Positions 40,175 to 51,703 of a stretch of DNA of 64,000 bases are shown here, piece after piece. The notes beneath the pieces were generated by a model, which did not search any database, had not been told where the DNA came from, and saw only the letters and a program-made list of their open reading frames with translations. This stretch comes from Stegostoma tigrinum (Eukaryota): contig NC_081370.1 in assembly GCF_030684315.1 (NCBI RefSeq), positions 25,547,078 to 25,611,077 on the forward strand, read 5' to 3'. Numbering within the stretch: position 1 is the first letter of the stretch; each line of letters opens with the position of its first letter. A program made the translations under genes and the position numbers.

Positions 40175-40341
40175 GATAGTAAGAACTGCAGATGCTGGAG
40201 TCAGAGATAACACAGTGTGGAGCTGGAGGAACACAGCAGGCCAGTTTTCTGAAGAAGGATCCTGAGTCCAAACATCAACTTTCCTGCTCCCCTGATACTA
40301 CCTGGCCTGCTGTGTTCCTCCAGCTCCACATTGTGTTATCT
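40175..40341. mobile_element. Fold-back PLE pLTR element with perfect 15-bp TSD
   Basis: TSD ctgatatgcgtatga at 40160-40174 and 40342-40356; inverted arms; degenerate core CTGAAGA...caaacatc. Confidence 0.9.
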
Positions 40342-40530
40342 CTGATATGCGTATGAATTGTGATCAAATCAAATAGTGGAAAATACTTTTGGCACTGAAA
40401 CTTTATCTTCAATTTCAGGGTCAAATCTGACACCAAAATCTGGTTCTGTCTCAGAGAGTTCCCAGGAAGAAGAGTGGTAGCATTGGCTGAGTAGTGAAGG
40501 TCAGAGCAGGGACTGAATAGCTTGGGTCAT

Positions 40531-41432
40531 AAGAACATAAAAACAGGAGCAGGAGTAGTACATTCATCCCTTCAAATTTTCCAAACCATTAAAATCATGG
40601 CTGATCAGCCACAGGTCTCAGCTCACCTTTCATGCCAACACCTCATAGTCATTAATTCTGCAATATTACAAAAACATATCTATCTCCTCTAAATATTTTT
40701 AGTAATCCAACCTCCACAACATAGAGAATTCCAGATATTCATTATCCTCTGGGAGAAGAAATTCTTCTGCATCTCAATTTTAAACATGTGTCTCCTTACT
40801 CTATAACTCTGTCCATTGTTTTGAGACACCCACACCACTGGAAACATCTTCTCAATGTCCACCCTATCAAGACCCCTCAAAATCCTATATGTTTCACTAT
40901 GATCACCCCTCATTCTCCAAAATACAAATGAATAATGGAGCAACATGTTTAGCTTTTCTTGATAAACGAACCTTTTGTCCCAGAAATCAGCCAAGTGAAT
41001 CTCTTTTAAACTGCCTCCAAAGTTAGTATATCCTTTCATAAATACAATAACCAAAACATCACAGAGTACTCCAGGTGCAGTCTCTCCAACCTCTTGTACA
41101 GTTGTAACAAGACTTCCCCAATTTTAACTAACACACCACCAAACTGAAAAGCTCAAAATTCCATTCACCTTCTTAATTATTTCTTGCACCTTCATGCTAA
41201 CTTTTGTGTTTTATGTGCAAGTACACCCAAATCTCTCTGTGTTGCACATTCTGGTTTCTCTCCCCACATAAATAAGATTCTGCCTACCAAAGTACAAGAC
41301 ACTCTACGCAAGTACACTTTGCTCCATTAAAATCCATCTATGTTAATCTTCTCTGAATGTTCTGCTATTTCTTCCTTAATAATGGCCTCTAGCATTTTCC
41401 CAGTTCCGGATGTTCGGCTAACTGGTCTATTT

Positions 41433-41480
<48 letters not shown>

Positions 41481-42720
41481 CTCGAACAGGGGCATCACAT
41501 CAGTAGTTTTCCAATCCATCAGAACTGTTCTTAAATCTAGCGTACTTTGGAATATTTCAAAAAATGCCTACACCATATCTGCAGCCACATCTTTTGAAAC
41601 TCTCGGATGTAGGCCATCAGGTCCTGGTGACTTGTCTGTCTTCAATCCTATTGGGTGGCAATTACTTTGTTCTTTATAATAGAGACTGGTACATGACCTC
41701 TCTACCCATTAGCACCTTGCTTATCTGATATCTTTAGGATGTTTTTGGTACCCTTCACCACAAAGACCAATGCGAAATAATGGTTTAAATTACCCGTCAT
41801 TTCTCTATTCCCAATTATCAATTCCCCAGTCACATCCACCATGTGTCCCACGTTGACTGTAGCTATTCTGTTTCTATTTACACACCCATAGAAGCTCTTG
41901 TTGTTTGTTTTGTTAAATTTCTCACCAGATTACTTTCATAATCAACTTTCTCCCTTTTTATTAGCTTTTTAGTCATCCACTGTGGTTTCCTAAAAAAAAT
42001 TTTAATCTCTTTGCCTACTACTAGGTTTAGCTGCTTCATATGTCTTTGGTTTTTGATTGGACACTCTCCTCAGCCACCTTTGTTGACCTGGGTGGTTCAT
42101 TCTTCTCACTGAGTGCTTATTTTTGAATGGAATATTTTTGCCAGCATTACAAAATATCTGCTTGAAACCTGTTATATATACCCCCAAAGGATCATTAATT
42201 ATGATTTTTCTTATTTATCCTACCTCATTACATAGTATCAGATCTAAAATAGTCTGTTACTGGGGGGATTGTGCACTGTACAGCTCTTAGGTAATTCCTG
42301 ATGCACCGTACAAATTCATCTTCAATGTTACTATTGTCTACTTAATTTGTCCAGTCAACATATAGATATAAATCACCAGTGACCAAATTTATGTAATTTA
42401 TCTGAGGAGTGTGACTGGCTGTGTCCAGAAATACAGAGTCCAGGCAACTCTCTACCTTGTATGGTGTCCATTGCTCAGAAGCCTGCTCATCAACTCTGAG
42501 CCAAGGCTCCTCAAGTAGCCAACACTTGCTGCAGATGTGGCCACTATGGACTGCACTGACGTCCACCAGCTCCCACATTCTACAGCTGCAACACATTGCC
42601 TGCCCAGCCTTCTCTATTCTATTTCGTTCATTTACTTAGATGTTAACTATTTTAACAGTGAATTTTCTAACTGTATTTGTTGGCTACAATAACATCTCCT
42701 GATTTGATTTACTTTGGCCA
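40531..42720 (-). mobile_element. Degenerate long CR1 (ORF1 Zn-finger-like region through the 3' end, internally deleted)
   Basis: ORF 42342-42596 CCSCRMWE..HICSKC; ORF 40689-41054 RMRGD..ETYRILRGLDRVD. Confidence 0.8.
41432..41481. repeat. (TCTG)n(TC)n microsatellite
   Basis: Direct reading. Confidence 0.95.
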
Positions 42721-42755
42721 CTCGAAAAGATAAGGAAGGAATACCCACCAATCAC

Positions 42756-44240
42756 GCCTTGAACCCCACCTCTTCCTCCATTACATTGATGACTGTATTG
42801 GCGCCGCCTCGTGCTCCCAAGAGGAGTTCGAACAGTTCATCCACTTCACCAACACCTTTCACCCCAACCTTAAGTTCACTTTGACCATCTCCAACACATC
42901 CCTCACCTTCCTTGACCTCTCTGTCTCCATCTCAGACAACTACCGAGAAACCGACATCCATTTCACGCCCACCGACTCCCACAGCTACCTAGAATACACC
43001 TCCTCCCACCCACCTTCCTGCAAAAATTCCATCCCCTATTCCCAATTCCTTTGACTCCACCGCATCTGCTCCCAGGATGAGGCATTCCGCTCCCGCACAC
43101 CTCAGATGTCCTCGTTCTTCAAGGACCGCAACTTCCCCCTGCAGTGGTCGAGAACACCCTCGACCATGTCTCCTGCATTTCCCCCTCGTCATCACATACC
43201 ACCCCAACAATCTCTGGATACAACGCATCATCCTCCGACACTTCCACCATCTACAGTCCGACTCCACCACCAAAGACATTTTTCCATCCCCTCCCCTGTC
43301 TGCTTTCCGGAGAGACCACTCTCTCTGTGGCTCCCTTGTCCGTTCCACACTCCCCTCCAACCCCACCACACCTGGCACTTTCCCCTGCAACCGCAGGAAG
43401 TACAACACTTGCCCCCACACCTCCTCCCTCACCCGCATCCCAGGCCCCAAGTTGACTTTCCACATCAAGCAGATGTTCACCTGCACATCTGCCAATGTGG
43501 TATACTGCATCTGCTGTACCCGTTGTGGCTTCCTCTACATCAGGGAAACCAAACGGAGGCTTGGGGATTGCTTTGCAGAACATCTACGCTCAGTTCGCAA
43601 TAAACAACTGCACCTCCCAGTCACAAACCATTTCAACTCTCCCTCCCATTCCTTGGATGACATGTCCATCCTGGGCCTCCTGCAGTCCCACAACGATGCC
43701 ACCCGAAGGTTGCAGGAACAGGAACTCATATTCCACTTGGGAACCCTGCAGCCCAATGGTATCAATGTGGACTTCACAAGCTTCAAAATCTCCTCTCCCC
43801 CCACTGCATCCCAAAACCAGCCCAGCTCGTCCCCACCTCCCTAACCTGTTCCTCCCCTCACCTATCCCCTCATCCCACCTCAAACCGCACCTCCATTTCC
43901 TACCTACTAACCTAATCCTCCCCCCTTGACCTGTCCGCCCTCCCTGGGCTGATCTAACCCCTCCCTACCTCCACACCTACACTCACCTCTACAGGGTCCA
44001 ACCCGCCCGTTTAACTTGTCTGTCTCCTCTCCATCTATCTTCTCCTCTAGCCATCTTCGATCCATCTCCCCCCTCTCCCTATTTATTTCAGAACACTCTC
44101 CCCATCCGTCTTTTCTGATGAAGGGTCCAGGCCTGAAACGTCAGCTTTTGTGCTCCTGAGATGCTGCTTTGCCTGCTGTGTTCATCCAGCCCCACACTTT
44201 GTTATCTTGGATTCTCCAGCATCTGCAGTTTCCATTATCT
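42756..44240 (+). mobile_element. 5'-truncated Neptune-type PLE (RT end, Cys linker, GIY-YIG, pLTR)
   Basis: PGTFPCNRRKYNTCPH linker; NVVYCICCTRCGFLYIRETKRRLGDCFAEH; possible TSD ccaatcac at 42748-42755 and 44241-44248. Confidence 0.93.
44112..44145 (+). ncRNA. Minimal hammerhead ribozyme motif in the Neptune pLTR
   Basis: CTGATGA(44115)-agggtccaggcct-GAAAC-GTC(44142)-ag. Confidence 0.75.
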
Positions 44241-44829
44241 CCAATCACCCATCTACAATGTGGGCATCATGCTTCATCACAAACCACCATAATCAACTGA
44301 GCTAACCAAACCCCTGACTAGTAGAAACATCTCAATGAGGTTCTCTGCTACTGTTTTTATTTCTCCAATGTTGCTGCACTTCTCATACAGGTCTGCCCTC
44401 CCGAGTCTGACTCACGCGTTCTGCTGACTTGCTGCACAATCTTCACAGGTGGCTTAAGAATATTTGCTTGGAACAAATTTATACTCACCAAATACTTATG
44501 ATCAGACAAGCAGCAAAATCATTTTAAGTTAGAGGAGGGGCTGAGAGAGGTGCTAGTGGGGTGGAAACTGATGGTGTGTTTCTGCATGATGTCCCTGAGG
44601 AGCAACAGATAGGGAAAAATGAGGCTCAGGTTGGAAGGTTTTAACACGAGAGGGAATATTATGGGAATAGGAAGAGAAGTCATTGCAGGTGATTCTCTGG
44701 TTATGACTTGATAGAAAAGAAGGGATCCAGGTAAGTGCAAACCTCCCCAACTGAATGGTGAAGTAGTCAACTGCATTAAATGGAGCTCACAAGATGAAAA
44801 GGTCAGGATGAACATTCTACGTTTGGCAA

Positions 44830-45940
44830 AGTTTTTCTTCTATTCATTTGTGAGATGTGGGTGTCGCTGGCTGGGCCAGCATTTCTTGCCAATCCCTCAG
44901 TGCCCTTGAGAAGGGGGTGGGGAGCTGCCTTCTTGAACCGCTGCAGTCCTCCTGCTGTGGGTTGACCCACAAAGCTATTAGGGAGGGAATTCCAGGATTT
45001 TGACCCAGCACCAGTGAGGAAATGGCAATATATTTCCAAGTCAGGATGGTGAGTGATTTGGAGGGGAACATAGACATGGTGGTGTTTCCATGTATCTGCT
45101 ATCCTTGTCTTTCTAGATGGAAGTGGTTGTTGGTTTGGAAGGTGCTGACTGAGGACCTTTGGTGAATTTCTGCAGTGCATCTTGTAGATAGTACACACTG
45201 CTGCTATTGATTGTCAGTGGTGAAGGGAGTGAATGCTTGTGGGTGTCGTGCCAATCAAGCGAGCTGCTTTGTCCTGGATGGTGTTAAGCCTCTTGAGCGT
45301 TGTTGGGGCTTCACTCATCCAGGCGAGTAGGGAGTATTCCATCACACACCTGACTTGTGTCTTGTAAATGAGGGACAGGTTTGAGGAGTCAAGGGGTGAG
45401 TTACTCACCGCAATATTCCCAGCTTCTGACCTGCTCTTGTAGCCACTCTGTTAATCTGGAGAATCCAGTTGAGTTTCTGGTCAATGGTAACCCCCAGGAT
45501 ATTGATAGTAGGGGATTCAGAGATGGTAACACCACTAAATGTCAAGGGGTGGTGGTTACATTGTCTGATATTGGTGATGGTCACAGCCTGGCATTTGTGT
45601 GGCGTGAATGTCACTTGTCAGCCCAAACCTGGATATTGTCCAGATCTTGTTGTATGTGAACATGGACTGCTTCACTACCTGAGGAGTCACGAATGGTGCT
45701 GAACGTTGTGCGATCATCGGCGAACATCACCGCTTCTGACCTTATTTTGGAGGGAAGGTCATTGATGAAACAGCTGAAGATGGCTGGGCCTAGGACACTA
45801 CCCTGGGGAACTCCTGTAGAGATGTCCTGGAGCTGAGATGATTGACCTCCCACAACCACAACCATCTTCCTATCTGTCAGGGACGACTCCAACCACAGGA
45901 ATGTTTGCCCCTTGATGCCCATTGATTCCAGGTTTGCTAA
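44830..45940 (-). mobile_element. CR1/L2-group LINE RT and 3' end (second family)
   Basis: [26 protein letters not shown]; YKTQVRCVMEYS; related fragments at about 4.1-4.4, 49.2-49.5 and 52.9-53.8 kb. Confidence 0.9.
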
Positions 45941-46554
45941 GTTTTACTGAATGTAATTTATGACATTGATAAAAAAAAGTTTGATCCTGTGCTGAGGTGA
46001 AAATCTGATTGGAGGCACTCAAACATCAAGCTTTGGGTAAAACTGGTATGGATTTAGAAGGTGGTAGTGCATTCAAGTAATTTAGAGGAAAATGAGCTTC
46101 AAGATAGGGCAGTAGCTTGCTACGATGAAGGAGTTATGGATTGATTTATTTTAGGTGAGTGGTATTGACAATACATTTGAATGGATGGAAGACCATCTAA
46201 CCTTCTTCAGCCCAAAAGCCTTCCAAAGTATTTTCTCTTCTCTAATTCTGGCCTCATCAGCATTCCTGATTTCAGCAGTTCTACCAGTGACAGCTGAATA
46301 TTCAACTGTCACAAGGCCTCCCCAAACTTCTTTTGTTCCTTCAAGGTACCACACAGATCGAGCTTTCAGTCATCTGCCTTAATTTCATCTTGTAACTTTG
46401 TGTCAAATTTTGTTTGGTAATGCTTGTGCAAAGTATCTCAGGGTGCATGGAAGAAAGAAACAGAAGGATATATTGTTGGAGTTTTCTTAATAACAATGGT
46501 AGGAGGCTCATGTGGAGCTTAAATGTGTTGAACCTGCCTGTTTCTGTGTCACGA

Positions 46555-47580
46555 GAACATAAGAAATATGAGGAGTAGGCCATCTGGCCCATCAAGCCTG
46601 TTCTGCCATTCAATAAGAACATGACTGATCTTTTTGTGGATTTAGCTCCACTTACTCACCCACTCAACATTACCATTAACTCCTTTACTGGTCAAAAATC
46701 CATCAATCTTTACCTTAAAAACAATCAATGGCGTCGCCTCAACTACTTCACTAGGCAGGGAATTCTACAGATTCAAAGCCCTTTGGGTGAACAAGTTCCA
46801 CCTCAAATCAGTCCTAAATCTGCTCCTCCTTATTTCGAGGCTCTGCCCCCTAGTTTTAGTTTCAGCCATCTGTGGCAACAACATCCCTGCTCCTATCCTA
46901 TCTAGTCCCTTCATAATTTTGCATGTTTCTATAAGATCCCCCCTCATTCTTCTAATTTCCAATGAGTACAGTCCAATCTCTCCTCATGAGGCAACTTTCT
47001 CAATTCCGGAATCAACCGAGTGAACCTCCCCTGCTCCACCTTCGGTGCCAGTACATGTTTTCTCAAGGAAGGAATCTGAAACTATACAGGGTATTCCAGG
47101 TGTGGCCTCACAAAGTACTGTATATAGTGGCTCATAACCTCACTACTTTTTAATTCCATCCCTCTAGAAATGAAGGACAATATTCTATAAGAACCAAAAG
47201 AACTGTGGATGCTGTCAATCAGGAATAAAAACAAAGTTGCTGGAAAAGCTCAGCAGATGTGGCAGTATCTGTGAAGGAGAAAACAGAGTTAATGTTTTGG
47301 GTCTGGTGACCCTTCCTCAGAACTGATGGTAGCTGGGACAATATTCTATTTGCCTTCTTAATTACCTGCTGCACCTGTAAAACAACTTTTTGAGATTCAT
47401 GCAGAAGGACTACCAGACCCCTCTGCACAGCAGCTTGCTGTAATTTTTCACCATTTAAATAACAGCCCATTTAGCGGCTATTCTTACCAAAATGGATGAC
47501 CTCACAGTTACCAGCTTGGACTCTATCTGCCTGACCCTTACCAACTCACTTAACCTATCTTTAATCCCCTGCAGACTTTC
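46555..47580 (-). mobile_element. CR1 3' fragment
   Basis: RRMRGDLIETCKIMKGLDRI; YLNGEKLQ; agaacataagaa tail. Confidence 0.85.
47189..47335 (-). mobile_element. Fourth PLE pLTR family, solo, 14-bp TSD, inserted in a CR1
   Basis: TSD ggacaatattctat at 47175-47188 and 47336-47349; minus strand CTGAGGA-agggtcaccagaccc-AAAACATT; older copy near 60945-61040. Confidence 0.8.
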
Positions 47581-47986
47581 AGTACAATGAACAGAATGGA
47601 AAGAGGATCATAAAATCTTTGAATGTTCATTGTATAGATGACCATGATGGCAAATTAATGGTAAATAATTATGGTAACATTGAATAAATAAACAAATTGT
47701 GATGCCTGTTATTTAAGATGTCACTAGAACTGGATGTCCAAACAATTAAGTCACTGTTTAACAACGTGTGAAGGTACTGATACCATGATGGAGCTGTGGC
47801 AAATTGTACCTGTCCTCAGGTATCATGTCACATTGCTCAGTACTGTCATCCTTAGACTCCCAAAAGCAATCACACAATGGTTCTCACCTTTCAAATACTG
47901 ACAGCACTGCTGACCTGTAGAATGGAAGATTCAAGGGAGCTGCCAACTGACAAACTGTGTACAATTCTGTGCTTGTAGTCATATAT

Positions 47987-48310
47987 GGATAGCACGATGG
48001 CTCAGTAAATAACACTGCTGCCTCACAGGACCCAGGTTCGATCCCACCCTCAGGCAACTGTTTGTGTGGAGTTTGCATGTTCTCCCTGTGTCTGTGTGGG
48101 TTTGTGCCAGATGCTCCAGTTTCCTCCCACAGTACAAAGATGTGCGGGTTAGGCAGATTAGCTGCGCTAAATTGCCCATGGTGTTCAGGGATGCAGATGG
48201 AAATGCAGGATTATAGGGATGGGATGGGTCTGGGTGGGATGCTCTTAGGAGGGTTGGTGTGGACTCGTTGGACCAAATGGCCTGTCCCCAAACTGTAGGG
48301 ATACTATCGA
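47987..48310 (+). mobile_element. HE1-type V-SINE
   Basis: tggctcagtaaataacactgctgcctcacag...ggttcgatcc; tgtgtggagtttgcatgttctccc V-domain. Confidence 0.88.
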
Positions 48311-48499
48311 TATCAACTGCACATTGTGAAAATGTAGTTTCTTTTACTCATAAATATAATTGCACTGGAATTAGTGCATGTAGCGTCACAACTGCAGTCA
48401 CTTATGCCCTGCACATTTTGAAATCCTGTCATATGGTTGAAGTGGAGGGTCCCTCTGCTGCTGGCTGCTTTCCAGAGAACATTAATAAAATCAGTGGCC

Positions 48500-48690
48500 A
48501 TGATGAACTATGCTCCAATGACCTGCCTGACGAAAATGCATTCTGGCAGTTGGGAGGCGAGACAGAAATTTCCTGCACTTGTCTACAAGGAGCCTGCTGC
48601 ACAAATTTTGAATGCAGCTGTAACCTTGGCACAATTAAGAGCTAACTCTGTGTTGGAACTGCTTTCCAGCTCTAGTTATAAAAGAATACA
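48500..48690 (+). mobile_element. Possible ancient hAT transposase C-terminal (dimerisation) relic
   Basis: Two frames combine to AFW/EARQKFPAL..PAAQILNAAVT.AQ...SSYK, resembling hAT FW...FP.L...A...TSA..ERSFS. Confidence 0.35.
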
Positions 48691-49519
48691 TTGTCTTGTT
48701 ATTGTCCTTTGTGTAGGTATCCCAGGAAAGGTTGCAAGAGGCTAGCACAAAGTGTTGGCGAAATGATATACGTTGATTGTCTAAAGTGCAAACATACCCT
48801 CATGTCATACCTTAACTAATCCTCGTCCAAAACTTGTACTGGAGAAGAATGTCTGTGGAATATCATAGCTGCACATAAATAAAGGCAGCTTCTGGTAGGG
48901 TCGTGGATGAGTGATATAGCACAAGTTTAACTAGCATTTAACGAGATCTCAAAGATCTTCTCTAACTTCCCTTACTAAACACAAAATTGTGAATTTATGT
49001 GGCTGTGAAGTCTATAATGCACTTCACCAAAGTAACTACAGCAGGGGACGTTTTCTGCCTGTTGAACCAAGTTGGTTCTGACCTTGTTAGATTTCCAGGG
49101 GTCAGGATATTTGGATCGTATAGGTTTGTTGTTAGAATTAGCGCCTTTGCATTTCTGCTAAATAGTGGAGAAGGAATTATCAGCATTGTCCAGAGGCCAG
49201 TTAAGAGTCAGACACATTGCTGTAGGCCTGGAGTCACATGTTGGCTAGACCAGGTTAAAGATTACCGTTTCCTTCCCGAAATAACACTGGGGAACCAGAT
49301 GGATTTTTCCCCACATTCGACAATGGATTCATGGTCATCATCAGACTCTTAATCCCAGACTTTTTAAAAACGGAACTTCGTCAACTAACATAGTGAGATT
49401 CAAAACTAGGTCCCCAGACATTGCCTGGGTCTCCAGAAGATTAGTCTAGCGATAATATCACAAGGCCAATGCATTCCACATTATTACTAACTATGGTGTG
49501 TGTCAGAGGTCTGGCTGAA

Positions 49520-49624
49520 AAACCCTGTCTCTGATGAAGGGTCTAGGCCCGAAACGTCAGCTTTTGTGCTCCTGACTTGCTGCTTGGCCTGCTGTGTTCA
49601 TCCGGCTACACACTTTGTTATCTC
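49520..49624 (+). mobile_element. Solo Neptune pLTR lacking the tail
   Basis: Closely similar to 44112-44207; ends at ttgttatctc. Confidence 0.88.
49529..49560 (+). ncRNA. Minimal hammerhead ribozyme motif, intact core
   Basis: ct-CTGATGA(49531)-a-gggt(ctag)gccc-GAAAC-GTC(49558)-ag; G10.1-C11.1 pair retained. Confidence 0.8.
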
Positions 49625-50680
49625 ACATGTGCAAGAATGGACAGAGACAACTGAGGCCTATCAAAATCATTATGCAAAGAAAGGGACTGAAGAACCCTTC
49701 TCTGTTTCAACAGCATCTTGCCAGCTTTGACAATGGGGGGATATCAAAGCTCTTTTGTTAATATAGATTGCCTTCATTTTGTGACAGTAGTCAGCAAACA
49801 CATGATCGAAATGTCCCTTGTAAAAAGTTAAGATTACTTGTCTGCAGTTACAAGAGATTGTAACATCAAGGTGGCTTCAGGGTGGAATAAACAATAGTTC
49901 CCTCCTGACAGTTCACTGATGCTGAAATCTCGTCTCTGCTACAAGTTGGACTACTTCACAAAGCTGCAGAATTAAAAAAAATTTTTCAATTTCACTTCCT
50001 CCACCCTCTATATTAAGCTGTTTGCTTGTATGCTGATGTGCAAGCATGTGCACGTTTGTGCATATTCAGGGATGGTTTTTATTTTTGAATTTATACTTTT
50101 TACTGCGTGAGTTTTTTTAAACAACATAACGAGCTCCTCATTTGCTCGGACAAGAGGTCACGTCTGAAATATTTCTTCATAGCTTTATACAGAGAAAAAT
50201 ACATATTGAATTTGATTAGAAACACATCTATGAAAGAAACACGAACTCTGTTACATGTACGAACATCAGGACTCAAAAGAGAGGAATTTATTGTGACCTC
50301 TGTGCTTGTTGTAACATAAAGAATCCTTTATAGTTAATTCAAATAAAAGTACATAAAAGTTATGACTAAGGAACAAGGAGAATCTTGTGGCAGATACCAG
50401 GCACTCAATATGGCAGAGTCCCTAAAAGACCATAAAGAGGACAGGGGGATGGGACATAAAAATGGAGTTGGTAAAAATAAAGTAGATGAGAAAGCTTTGG
50501 TAGGAAGAATTATAAGAGCAAGGGAATAACTAGAGAAAGAGTATGGTCCATTGAAAACCATTGATGTAACCTCTGTGAGGACGTGTAAGACTAGAACAAT
50601 GGTAGCGAGTTTTGAGAAGATTTGTAGCTCAGGTTGAGGTTCTGGATGTAAGTTTGCTTGCTGAGCTGGAAGGTTCGTTT

Positions 50681-50720
50681 TCAGACGTTTCATCACCATT
50701 CTAGGTAACGTCATCAGTGA
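50681..50720 (-). ncRNA. Minimal hammerhead motif (inverted arm)
   Basis: tca-CTGATGA-cgttacctagaatggtgat-GAAAC-GTC-tga. Confidence 0.78.
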
Positions 50721-51663
50721 GCCTCCGGTGAAGCGCTGGTGTTATGTCCCGCTTTCTATTTATGTGTTTAGGTTTCCTTGGGTTGGTGATGACATTTCCT
50801 GTGTTGATGTCATTTCCTGTTCTTTTTCTCAAAGGGTGGTAGATGGGCTCCAAATCAATGTGTTTGTTGATGGAGTTCTGGTTGGAATGCCATGATTCTA
50901 GGAATTCTCGTGCGTGTCTCTGTTTGGCCTGTCCCAGGATGGATGTGTTGTCCCAATCACACAGAGGAACTACGAAGAGCAGAAGAAAATCACTGATACA
51001 GCATATTCGAAAAGAACGGGTACCCAATGAACACAGTCTGCCAATTTCTCTGCAACAAACCCAAACAAACAGACAAAACGTGCCCAGAAACCATAACCAC
51101 TCTCCCCTACATCAAAGACATCTCAGAAATGGCTGCCAGACTACTCAGACCTCTTGGCATCATGGTAGCCCACAAACCCACCAACAGACTAAAACAGCAG
51201 CTAATGAATTTAAAAGACCCTATACAGACAACAAGCAAAACGAACGTCATTTACAAAATACCTTGCAAGAACTGTGGCAAACGCTACATTGGACAAACAG
51301 GCAGAAAGCTAGCCACCAGGATACATGAACATCAACTAGCCACAAAAAGACATGACCCACTATCACTAGTGTCCTTACATACAGATGAGGAAGGACACCA
51401 CTTTGATTGGGACAACACATCCATCCTAGGACAAGCCAAACAGAGACACGCACGAGAATTCCTTGAAGCATGGCATTCCAACCGGAACTCCATCAACAAA
51501 CACATTGATTTGGAGCCCATCTACCACCCTCTGAGAAAAAGAATGGGAAATGACATCACCAGAGCAGGAAATGACATCAATACAGGAAATGACATCACCA
51601 ACCCAAGGAAACCTAAACTCATAAATAGAAAGCGGGACATAACACCAGCGCTTCACCCGAGGC

Positions 51664-51703
51664 TCACTGATGATGTTACTTAGAATGGTGATGAAACGTC
51701 TGA
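51664..51703 (+). ncRNA. Minimal hammerhead motif (direct arm)
   Basis: tca-CTGATGA(51667)-tgttacttagaatggtgat-GAAAC-GTC(51700)-tga. Confidence 0.78.

Noticed and set aside
42989-43929. Multiple long overlapping ORFs on both strands (also 58-60 kb)
   Set aside because: By-product of the C-rich, strand-biased composition of Neptune PLEs, not extra genes
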